In this document: in pieces, positions 28,406 through 36,674 of the stretch
How the letters are laid out: the number at the start of each line of letters is the position of its first letter
Numbering within the stretch: the first letter of the stretch is position 1
DNA from: Candidatus Bruticola sp.
Lineage (GTDB): Bacteria > Vulcanimicrobiota > Xenobia > Xenobiales > Xenobiaceae
DNA: 64,000 bases
Reading direction: 5' to 3'
Assembly: GCA_051874735.1 (NCBI GenBank)
Contig: JBJEGD010000042.1
Location: 1-64,000 of the forward strand
Position numbers and translations under genes: made by a program
The notes under the pieces: model-generated
The model's input: only the letters and a program-made list of their open reading frames with translations
Databases searched by the model: none
Told to the model about the DNA's origin: nothing

Positions 28406-29215
28406 ATGGTGATTTCCGAAAGCCGCCTGTCTAATCCAACAGCTACGGCTACAATACATCCTCTCAATTCCTCCCCTATCTCAGACAGTCAAAATCCGTC
28501 AAGCTCATCCCAACCCACCGATACTTTTATAACTCAACAGCCAAGCACATATATCCCTACTATAAACAGATTTCCTTCAACAAGCTCACCATCAGATTCT
28601 TTAAGTACTTCAGAAGACAGTGAACTAACGGATACAAATACAACTATAAGTTCAAACGATTCTGATCCAGAAGCCATCTCATCAGACTCAAACTCTAATA
28701 CCTGCACTTCAGAAACTGAAAGGAATTGCTGCCATGAAGAGATCCCCCCCCCAGCCGCCCCCACCTTCATTTTTCAAGAAAATTTTTTCCAGCCTCTATC
28801 GTCAGCTACTCCAGCTGAAGCCAATAGCTCTCAACAAGAAGTTTCATCAATACCTGAAACTGTACAAGCTGCATCTGAAGATACTCAAAACTCTCAAGAC
28901 CAGACAAACGCCACTTTGCCAGCAGCCTATTACCCAGAAGCCAAAAAAGCGGATCCAACTCCAGAGCCCCCTCTGAGCCAAGCGGAAGAAAGAGCTCTAG
29001 CTGAAGAAAAAGAGCAGCAAGAGAAACTTCGCGTCCAGGCTATCTACGATCGTATGGAAGCCGAAAAAATCATTGCTGAAAATAAACGCCAGGCGATATG
29101 GGCCGATTTGCAAACTGAACTACAGCGCATCTGGAGAGAAGTCATGATTCGGCGCAAAAAATCAGAAGACGATTATATGAAAAACTGGCAAAAAGTATTC
29201 CTTAATGTAGGTTAA
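28406..29215 (+). CDS. 269-aa protein, Ser/Thr-rich disordered N-terminus plus shared C-terminal domain (family member 2)
   Basis: SD GAGGT; C-terminus IYDRMEAEKIIAENKRQAIWADLQTELQRIWREVMIRRKKSEDDYMKNWQKVF. Confidence 0.85.
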   Translation: MVISESRLSNPTATATIHPLNSSPISDSQNPSSSSQPTDTFITQQPSTYIPTINRFPSTSSPSDSLSTSEDSELTDTNTTISSNDSDPEAISSDSNSNTCTSETERNCCHEEIPPPAAPTFIFQENFFQPLSSATPAEANSSQQEVSSIPETVQAASEDTQNSQDQTNATLPAAYYPEAKKADPTPEPPLSQAEERALAEEKEQQEKLRVQAIYDRMEAEKIIAENKRQAIWADLQTELQRIWREVMIRRKKSEDDYMKNWQKVFLNVG

Positions 29216-29634
29216 TGTCTTATATTTTGCGTCCTATAAGCCGGCTGTATATCAATTGTAAATTTATAAAAAAGCCGAACTACAGCCGGCCTAAAAAGTT
29301 GACATAAAAATATTTAATCGACGAACATTTAATACGATCTAGCTAATTTCCTATTGAGACAGCAATAGAAATTTATCAATATCTATACAGCGATATAAAA
29401 AAGACTCGCACTATATGTATAAAGTTAAGCATACAATAGACGAACAAACATGATTTTTTTCGACAAAATCATGATCGCCAACAGCTATAAAATTCCAACA
29501 ATGGGGCTAAATTTCACAAATAAGCAACAAGACAACCTTTTTTTTAACAGGCTTAACAATTATAATGGTAGGGAAAATAAATGCATTATAGCCAGAGAGT
29601 TCTGGCCTTTAGCCTTGCAAGGAGGCCTGTATAA

Positions 29635-30378
29635 ATGGTTGCCCCTATCGGAATCAATACTAATGCCTATTCGCAGACCAATGCTGTCCGCAATATGCAG
29701 CAAGTTGGCGGTCAGAGCCAAGTAACCCGCCAATCCGACGTAGCTCCATCTCAGAGCGAAAATCAGCATACTGCTGCAGCTGACAATGTTCAGCTTTCCG
29801 AAGGTGTTTCGTTTGCTCAAGATGCCCAGGAAAATGCCACTCATATAGGTGCTGCTCAGAACCAATTTGAAAGTGAAATCGGTGACGCTTTTGAAAGTGC
29901 CGCAGAATCTGAAGTTGGTGCCTCTCAAGCTGGTGCGGCCGGTACTTCCGAAGAAGCAGCCGCTCCCCGTGAGCCTCAAACTGATGAGTATGGTTTCATT
30001 TTGATGGATGAACAGGGCAATCCTATTGGCGGAAGCGTTCCTCCAGAGGATGGCGGCTCCGGTGCTCCTCCTATTGACGGTGGTGGCAATGCTGGTCAAG
30101 CTGGTGAAGTACCCCCTGAGGATGGTGGTGCTGGGGAAACTCAAGAAAGCGAAGCTTCCAGAGCTTCTCGTCTTCAGTCGATGGAGCAAGATCGTGAAGA
30201 GGCCATGAAGATCTACACTCAAATGATGGCAGATCGTCAAAAGTGGTTTGCTGAACTGATGAAGATCCTTGCCGATACTCAGGCGTCAATTTTCGACATT
30301 ATCCAACAGACCATGACCAACCGTGCTATGGCTTTCGATAGAGCTATGGCTGGATGGTCCAGAGCCTTCAACGGATAA
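29635..30378 (+). CDS. 247-aa protein, acidic Gly/Pro-rich N-terminus plus shared C-terminal domain (family member 3)
   Basis: SD AAGGAGG; AADNVQLSE; three PP(E/I)DGG repeats; C-terminus IYTQMMADRQKWFAELMKILADTQASIFDIIQQTMTNRAMAFDRAMAGWSRAF. Confidence 0.88.
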   Translation: MVAPIGINTNAYSQTNAVRNMQQVGGQSQVTRQSDVAPSQSENQHTAAADNVQLSEGVSFAQDAQENATHIGAAQNQFESEIGDAFESAAESEVGASQAGAAGTSEEAAAPREPQTDEYGFILMDEQGNPIGGSVPPEDGGSGAPPIDGGGNAGQAGEVPPEDGGAGETQESEASRASRLQSMEQDREEAMKIYTQMMADRQKWFAELMKILADTQASIFDIIQQTMTNRAMAFDRAMAGWSRAFNG

Positions 30379-30537
30379 ATAAACACTTCCTAAGTATTTC
30401 AAATAACAACTAGAGGTGCGGAGCTTGCCGTTTTTCGCTCGTAAATAGTGATGCGGCAGGCTTTTTGTCTTAAATGCAAGATAAATAGCGAAGTTTTTTT
30501 CCAATACTTTTTGCAGAACATGTTTTCTTATAGTCTT

Positions 30538-30578
30538 AAAAATAGGGCCGCTCCCTTAAGGGAGCGGCCCTATTTTTT
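30538..30578. terminator. Bidirectional terminator between convergent genes
   Basis: Perfect palindrome AAAAATAGGGCCGCTCCCTTAAGGGAGCGGCCCTATTTTT. Confidence 0.9.
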
Positions 30579-30606
30579 GACTATATCCTTTTATAGAACA
30601 ACAAAC

Positions 30607-31530
30607 CTATTGCTGAACACAACGCCAATCGGCGGTAAAATCGTTATGAGCGCCTGCTTTAGCTTTTTCTATCAAAAGATCGGCCATTTTATTGACAGCC
30701 CAAGGGAAGTGAGCATCACGCAGAGAGCGATAATCGAAGTCGCAAACATAATTAGTAATATCAATGGCGTAGAGAACATGATCTTTGATTGCAAACTCCA
30801 AAGCATTCATATCATAGCCAATCGCCCTATTAAATTTAATAGTATATTCCTCTGCCTTAGCTAAATCGCTGGGATCGAGCACACCACGATCCTGAACATA
30901 CTCACCATTGCCCATAGGACGAGGTATATAGCGAATAGCACGAGCATTATCACGACCGATACTTAAGCAGCGAATATAATCTTCCCAAGCGATAAACTCC
31001 TGCAAAGTCATGGTCAAACAGCCAGATTCATTGTAAGCCTGGATAGCATCTTCTTTACTGTAAATTTTATACACGTTCTTCCAGCCGCCGCCAAAAGCCG
31101 GCTTCATTATACAAGGCAGACCAACTTCAGCCAAACGGGCATCCCAATCTATAGGCCACATATTGCGCAGAGAACCAGACGTAATATCAGCGGTATAAGA
31201 CAAATTGGGCAAGACCACGGTTTTAGGGACCGGAATACCCAAACGCTTAGCTAAAGAATACCCAAAAAACTTATCATCAACGTTCATCCAGAAGGGATTA
31301 TTGACCACATAAGTTCCCTGCATTGAGGCTTGTTTTAGATACACTTGGTAATATGGAACTTCATGGGAGATGCGATCTAAAATAGCGCTGTAAGGGCATT
31401 CTTCTCCGCAGCTCGTGCCACCTAAATGAATGTATTCAGCATGAACACCACAGTCACGGCGATTAATTTCGGCAATCACGCCATCCGGGAAACTATCTTC
31501 ACGACCACGCAGAACACCAACCTTCAACAT
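30607..31530 (-). CDS. ATP-grasp (RimK/glutathione-synthetase-like) ligase
   Basis: ILDRISHEVPYY, VVNNPFW..DDKFF, GIPVPKTVVLP, MKPAFGGGWKNVYKI, LQEFI, YDMNALEFA; ATG at 31530 follows GAGGAGG. Confidence 0.88.
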   Translation of the reverse strand: MLKVGVLRGREDSFPDGVIAEINRRDCGVHAEYIHLGGTSCGEECPYSAILDRISHEVPYYQVYLKQASMQGTYVVNNPFWMNVDDKFFGYSLAKRLGIPVPKTVVLPNLSYTADITSGSLRNMWPIDWDARLAEVGLPCIMKPAFGGGWKNVYKIYSKEDAIQAYNESGCLTMTLQEFIAWEDYIRCLSIGRDNARAIRYIPRPMGNGEYVQDRGVLDPSDLAKAEEYTIKFNRAIGYDMNALEFAIKDHVLYAIDITNYVCDFDYRSLRDAHFPWAVNKMADLLIEKAKAGAHNDFTADWRCVQQ

Positions 31531-31609
31531 ATTAAACAACCCTCCTCAGCATAATAAATAGCTCCAAACAACCACTCTGAAAAAAATGGCGCGAACTGAA
31601 AAATAGGGA

Positions 31610-32593
31610 CTAATTAAGCTTACTCACATAGCTCAACGCCCAATTGCGCACACCCAAGTCTTTATCATGTAAAGCCTTGCGCAAGAACTCATAATCCTCT
31701 GTTTCCGCAGCTAAAGCATAAGCACGACGACGCACCGCAGCATCCCCATAATTTATACAGAGCTCATAAATACCTAAACTATTGACTCCCTGATTCTGCA
31801 AATCTAAACGTTCTTGAGGCTCCATGGAAACCATTAAGTCGAGCATACCATGCAGAATAGCTCTAGTATCAGGCCAACAAGTGAAATTCTTTACAATATG
31901 ACGGATAACTTTGGAAGCATCCTCGCCAGTACCGACTAAACAAGTAATCGCTTTGCGAGCTAAAAATGTGGGAGCAAGAAGGGGCCTTTCCTGGGTGGGT
32001 TTTAAAAAACCTACGGAAATATCTTTCTCTACATCGAGTCCCATAGCCCACTGGCAGATAGTGCGCCTATTGCTGTTATCAAAACACCGCATATCTAAAG
32101 AACGTTCTACAATAGCAGAGCGTCCTTCTTCACTTAGACAATTACTCATCAACAAACAAATCAGCAGACAAACTCTGTCATTTTTACTAACTTCTGCCTT
32201 ACTCAGAATAGCTTCACAACAGTAGAGACTGTCATCTTTGTCCAGCGGTTCCAAAGAAGCCTCTCTGGTGAGATTCATATTTGTATCCGGATCAGCAAGT
32301 TCACAGGCATAACTAATAATTTTATCAACAGTAATAGTTTCACTAGCATTGCTGCAAAGCCAAGCCAGTGCCAAAAGTCCGCCGGGAGAGACCTGCACAA
32401 GTTGACTAAAAGCACGCTGACGTATATTTTGGTCTAAGCGAGCTCTAAATAATTCTCTAGCCCAAGCATCGCGACAATCTTGCTCAGTTAAAGCCACTTG
32501 CTCATTTAGTCCACGCCTAGCACAGCGACGCAAACGCTGACGGGCACGCCTCTTTATATTCTGTAAGGCTGCGCTACTGAAAACCTCGTCCAA
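31610..32593 (-). CDS. Hypothetical helical protein with C-terminal HEAT-like repeats
   Basis: DAAVRRRAYALA...ALHDKDLGVRNWAL. Confidence 0.65.
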   Translation of the reverse strand: MDEVFSSAALQNIKRRARQRLRRCARRGLNEQVALTEQDCRDAWARELFRARLDQNIRQRAFSQLVQVSPGGLLALAWLCSNASETITVDKIISYACELADPDTNMNLTREASLEPLDKDDSLYCCEAILSKAEVSKNDRVCLLICLLMSNCLSEEGRSAIVERSLDMRCFDNSNRRTICQWAMGLDVEKDISVGFLKPTQERPLLAPTFLARKAITCLVGTGEDASKVIRHIVKNFTCWPDTRAILHGMLDLMVSMEPQERLDLQNQGVNSLGIYELCINYGDAAVRRRAYALAAETEDYEFLRKALHDKDLGVRNWALSYVSKLN

Positions 32594-32747
32594 AAGAAAA
32601 TCCTCCCAATAAGAGCCTGGGACATCGCTCTTCCCCTACTCCATTACCTTACTTATATATCCTGATCACTTTAGCAAAATAGGGAAAAAAACCTGCTCAG
32701 CCTCAGTGAGAGAAGAAGAAAAAGGCGAATACGCCCTCATGTAAGCA

Positions 32748-32793
32748 ATAAGAACGCTCCGCCTTCCATATACAGAAACATAGAAAGGCGGAG
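32748..32793 (-). terminator. Probable terminator hairpin downstream of rpoC
   Basis: CTCCGCCTT...AAGGCGGAG inverted repeat; weak U-tract. Confidence 0.45.
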
Positions 32794-32838
32794 TTTATGA
32801 AACTTACTGTTCCATAAATTCCGCCCTCAATTAACCAC

Positions 32839-35800
32839 CTATAAGCCCAAAGGATCGCTTCCTAAGCTGATGGCTAAATTATCTTCGGGAGTCAACGAGC
32901 CATCAAAGACCGAAGAGGCTTCATGGTTGTTGTTCTTATAAATTCTAGCACCGTGCAGACCGACATGAACTTGACGGTACTGTTCCATGCCTGTACCAGC
33001 AGGGATCAACTTGCCGATAATAACGTTTTCCTTCAAACCACGCAAATGATCGACTTTACCGTTGATAGCAGCTTCTGTCAAAACTTTAGTAGTTTCTTGG
33101 AAGGAAGCAGCCGACAAGAACGAGTCTGTCGCTAAAGACGCTTTAGTTACACCTAAGAGAACAGGCTCAAATTCGGCAAAGGCTTTGAGATGCTCGAGCG
33201 CCGCTTCTTTGCCCATTTCTGCAATCAGCTTATTGTTCTCAGCGCGAATCATATTATTCTGATTTTCCACGAAGAGTACATCTTGGAGACTGCCAGGCAA
33301 CATATTCGTATCGCCAGCATCAGTAATGCGCACTTTGCGCAGCATCTGACGGACAATGACCTCAACATGCTTATCGCTGATATCTACACCCTGATCGCGG
33401 TATACAGTCTGAACTTGGTCAACGATATAACGCTGCACTTCTTCTAATCCTTTAATGCGCAATACATCATGAGGATTCATGAAGCCATCTACCAGCACAT
33501 CGCCAGCGACAACCTTACTATGATCTGAAACATTAAGCTTAGCCTTGTAAGGTACCAGCATGGAGAACTCTTCTTCAATAGTATCGTCGGCACGGTAACG
33601 AGTAATCGTAACCTTATGCTGTCCCTTCTCTTCGCTCAGAGTAACTTCACCGCTTATTTCGGCTAAGAAGCCCAAATTCTTAGGCTTACGGGCCTCAAAG
33701 AGCTCTTCTACACGTGGCAAACCTTGGACGATATCTTCCTGAGCGACACCACCAGTGTGGAAAGTACGTAAGGTCAGCTGAGTACCGGGTTCACCAATAG
33801 ACTGGGCAGCCACAATACCCACCGTCTCGCCGATTTCCACAGGCTTGCCAGTAGCCAAGTTGCGTCCGTAGCACTTAGCACAAACACCATGTTCCGCATG
33901 ACAAGTCATCACAGAACGAATTCTGAAGCCCGGACGGTGCCAAGTGTGGCGATCGTTAGGATCGGGCTTAATAAAACCGTCAATATCAGCATCACGAGAG
34001 AGCCAACGCTCGATATCAGCCGCCTGCTCTTCTTCAATAAGATCGCCAGAGCTGATATGGCAAGCGTTGCCATTCTTGTCCTCGTAATCAAGATCTTGAG
34101 CTGCGTAGCGACCAGTTAAACGCTCAGACAAGCGCATCTTAACGTCGTTGCCATTAACTGCCGGCTCAACTAAAATACCGTGACTGGTACCGCAGTCATC
34201 CTCGCGCACGATAATATCTTGAGAGACATCGATCAAGCGGCGAGTGAGATATCCAGAGTCAGCTGTACGCAAAGCAGTGTCAGCCAAACCTTTACGAGCG
34301 CCGTGAGTGCCGATAAAGTACTCTAACACCGTCAAACCTTCGCGCAAGTTAGAACGGATAGGCATAGGAATAATTTTACCAGTCGGGTCAGCCATCAATC
34401 CGCGCATACCGGCCAGCTGCTTAACCTGAGATGGGTTACCACGAGCACCAGAGGTGGCCATCATAAACACCGGGTTCAAGCGATCTAAGTGGCGCATCAT
34501 CGCTGAACCGACTTCCTCAGTAGCACTAGCCCAAATTTTATTGAGCTGCAGATAATGTTCGTTTTCGGTTAAGAAACCTCTAGCCAAGAACCGATCGGCC
34601 TCAGCGACTTTAGCGTCAGCCCGTCCTAAAATGTGAGCCTTTTCAGGGGGGATCTTAATATCATTCACGCTGATAGACGTACCGGAGCGAGTGGCGAACT
34701 TATAACCTAAAGCCTTAAGGTTGTCGAGGAAAGCCGCTGTTTTGGTATTGCCATGCGCAGAGTGAGTGCGCTTAACCAAAGCAACAATATCTTTCTTTCC
34801 AAAAGGATGGTTAAACTCAGCGAAGACCATACGTCCCTTGCCAAGTTTGCGACCATCGCCAGGTAAAATAGAATCCTCGCGTATATTATCAGGTACAGCT
34901 CCCCACATGAGCAAGCGTCCGACCGTAGTGGAAACACGCTCGCCGAAGAGACTTACAAATATAGGAGCCTGAATCTCGACTGCACCAGATTCATAAGCTA
35001 AAACAGCTTCGTTTATAGAACCGAAGCACTTGCCTTCACCCTTAGAGTCATGTTTCTCAATAGTGAGATAATACATGCCCAATACCATATCTTGAGTAGG
35101 TACGGTTGCAGGCGAGCCATAAGCCGGCAGCAAAATGTTATGGGCTGACAGCATGAGGATACGAGCTTCAGCCTGAGCACCAGCAGACAAAGGCAGGTGT
35201 ACAGCCATCTGGTCGCCATCAAAGTCGGCGTTATAGGGAGTACAGACCAACGGATGGAGCTGCAAAGCTTTACCTTCTACCAACACAGGTTCGAAAGCCT
35301 GAATACCTAAACGGTGCAGAGTTGGGGCACGGTTAAGCAATACCGGATGGTCGACAATAACTTCCTCTAAAGCATCCCAAACTTCAGCGCGAGACTTTTC
35401 AACCATGCGTTTGGCAGCTTTGATATTGAGAGCCTTGCCATTATCAACCAAGTTCTTCATAACAAAAGGTTTGAAGAGCTCTAAGGCCATCTCTTTAGGC
35501 AAACCGCACTGATGCAGCTTAAGTTTAGGGCCAACTACGATTACTGAACGTCCGGAATAGTCTACACGCTTACCCAACAAGTTCTGGCGGAAGCGTCCCT
35601 GTTTGCCTTTCAGCATATCTGACAAGCTCTTCAGGGGGCGACTGTTAGGACCAGTCACGGGGCGACCACGGCGTCCGTTGTCGATCAAAGCGTCAACAGC
35701 TTCCTGAAGCATGCGCTTTTCATTTTTAACAATAATGTCGGGAGCCCCTAAGTCTTGGAGGCGGCGCAAACGGTTATTGCGGTTAATAACGCGGCGATAT

Positions 35801-36576
35801 AAGTCGTTTAAATCGGAAGTTGCAAACCGAGCACCGTCGAGCTGAACCATAGGACGCAAATCCGGAGGAATAACGGGAATAACCGTCAGAACCATCCATT
35901 CCGGACGATTGCCAGATTTACGGAAAGCCTCGACAACTTCAAGACGCTTAATAGCTTTGGCCTTGCGCTGTCCGCTCTGCTCGGCGATTTCTGCACGCAG
36001 CTGCTCATAAAGCTGATCGAGATCGAGTTCTCTAAGAAGCTCCTGAATGGCCTCAGCTCCCATACCAGCACGGAACTGACCGAAGGCGAACTTTTCTTTG
36101 AGCCCGCGGTACTCTTGTTCAGAAAGAAGCTGATACTTTTTCAGTCCGGTTTTCTCATCACCGGGATCGATCACAATATAGCTACTGAAATAAATAACTT
36201 TTTCTAAGTTGCGGGGAGAAAGCTCGAGAAGCAGACCGATACGAGAAGGTACGCCTTTAAAATACCAGATATGCGTTACAGGAGAGGCCAAATTGATATG
36301 GCCCATACGCTCGCGGCGCACCTTAGCGCGGGTAACTTCTACACCGCATTTTTCACAAATTAAGCCCTTGTGACGAACGCGTTTGTATTTTCCGCAATGG
36401 CATTCCCAGTCTTTTACCGGACCGAAAATACGCTCGCAAAAAAGTCCATCTCGCTCAGGCTTAAGAGTTCTATAGTTAATAGTTTCGGGCTTCTTGACTT
36501 CGCCGGACGACCACTTGCGAATTTGTTCTGGAGAGGCCAGACCAATCTGCATAGCCTCAAAATTATTGACATCCAT
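32839..36576 (-). CDS. rpoC: DNA-directed RNA polymerase beta' subunit
   Basis: [43 protein letters not shown] Zn finger, [10 protein letters not shown] catalytic motif, [22 protein letters not shown]. Confidence 0.99.
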   Translation of the reverse strand: MDVNNFEAMQIGLASPEQIRKWSSGEVKKPETINYRTLKPERDGLFCERIFGPVKDWECHCGKYKRVRHKGLICEKCGVEVTRAKVRRERMGHINLASPVTHIWYFKGVPSRIGLLLELSPRNLEKVIYFSSYIVIDPGDEKTGLKKYQLLSEQEYRGLKEKFAFGQFRAGMGAEAIQELLRELDLDQLYEQLRAEIAEQSGQRKAKAIKRLEVVEAFRKSGNRPEWMVLTVIPVIPPDLRPMVQLDGARFATSDLNDLYRRVINRNNRLRRLQDLGAPDIIVKNEKRMLQEAVDALIDNGRRGRPVTGPNSRPLKSLSDMLKGKQGRFRQNLLGKRVDYSGRSVIVVGPKLKLHQCGLPKEMALELFKPFVMKNLVDNGKALNIKAAKRMVEKSRAEVWDALEEVIVDHPVLLNRAPTLHRLGIQAFEPVLVEGKALQLHPLVCTPYNADFDGDQMAVHLPLSAGAQAEARILMLSAHNILLPAYGSPATVPTQDMVLGMYYLTIEKHDSKGEGKCFGSINEAVLAYESGAVEIQAPIFVSLFGERVSTTVGRLLMWGAVPDNIREDSILPGDGRKLGKGRMVFAEFNHPFGKKDIVALVKRTHSAHGNTKTAAFLDNLKALGYKFATRSGTSISVNDIKIPPEKAHILGRADAKVAEADRFLARGFLTENEHYLQLNKIWASATEEVGSAMMRHLDRLNPVFMMATSGARGNPSQVKQLAGMRGLMADPTGKIIPMPIRSNLREGLTVLEYFIGTHGARKGLADTALRTADSGYLTRRLIDVSQDIIVREDDCGTSHGILVEPAVNGNDVKMRLSERLTGRYAAQDLDYEDKNGNACHISSGDLIEEEQAADIERWLSRDADIDGFIKPDPNDRHTWHRPGFRIRSVMTCHAEHGVCAKCYGRNLATGKPVEIGETVGIVAAQSIGEPGTQLTLRTFHTGGVAQEDIVQGLPRVEELFEARKPKNLGFLAEISGEVTLSEEKGQHKVTITRYRADDTIEEEFSMLVPYKAKLNVSDHSKVVAGDVLVDGFMNPHDVLRIKGLEEVQRYIVDQVQTVYRDQGVDISDKHVEVIVRQMLRKVRITDAGDTNMLPGSLQDVLFVENQNNMIRAENNKLIAEMGKEAALEHLKAFAEFEPVLLGVTKASLATDSFLSAASFQETTKVLTEAAINGKVDHLRGLKENVIIGKLIPAGTGMEQYRQVHVGLHGARIYKNNNHEASSVFDGSLTPEDNLAISLGSDPLGL

Positions 36577-36674
36577 ATTAACTTGAGTCCTCCTGGTGGA
36601 GAGGCAGAGCCTGCCGATTCACTAATACGAGACAACTCTGCCCACTGCAGTAAGAGCTTTAAACCTAATAGTCT

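Noticed and set aside
29450-30240. ORFs 29450-29725 (+) and 29560-30240 (-)
   Set aside because: Overlap the 247-aa gene, which has a strong SD and a conserved domain; treated as shadow frames
28063-30378. Flagellin, FlgL or WXG100 identity for the paralogue trio
   Set aside because: No flagellin N- or C-terminal signature (RLSSGxRIN, SxIxDxDxA) and no central WxG motif; the Trp is near the C-terminus
30448-30864. 138-aa plus-strand ORF
   Set aside because: Spans a bidirectional terminator and is antisense to the ATP-grasp gene
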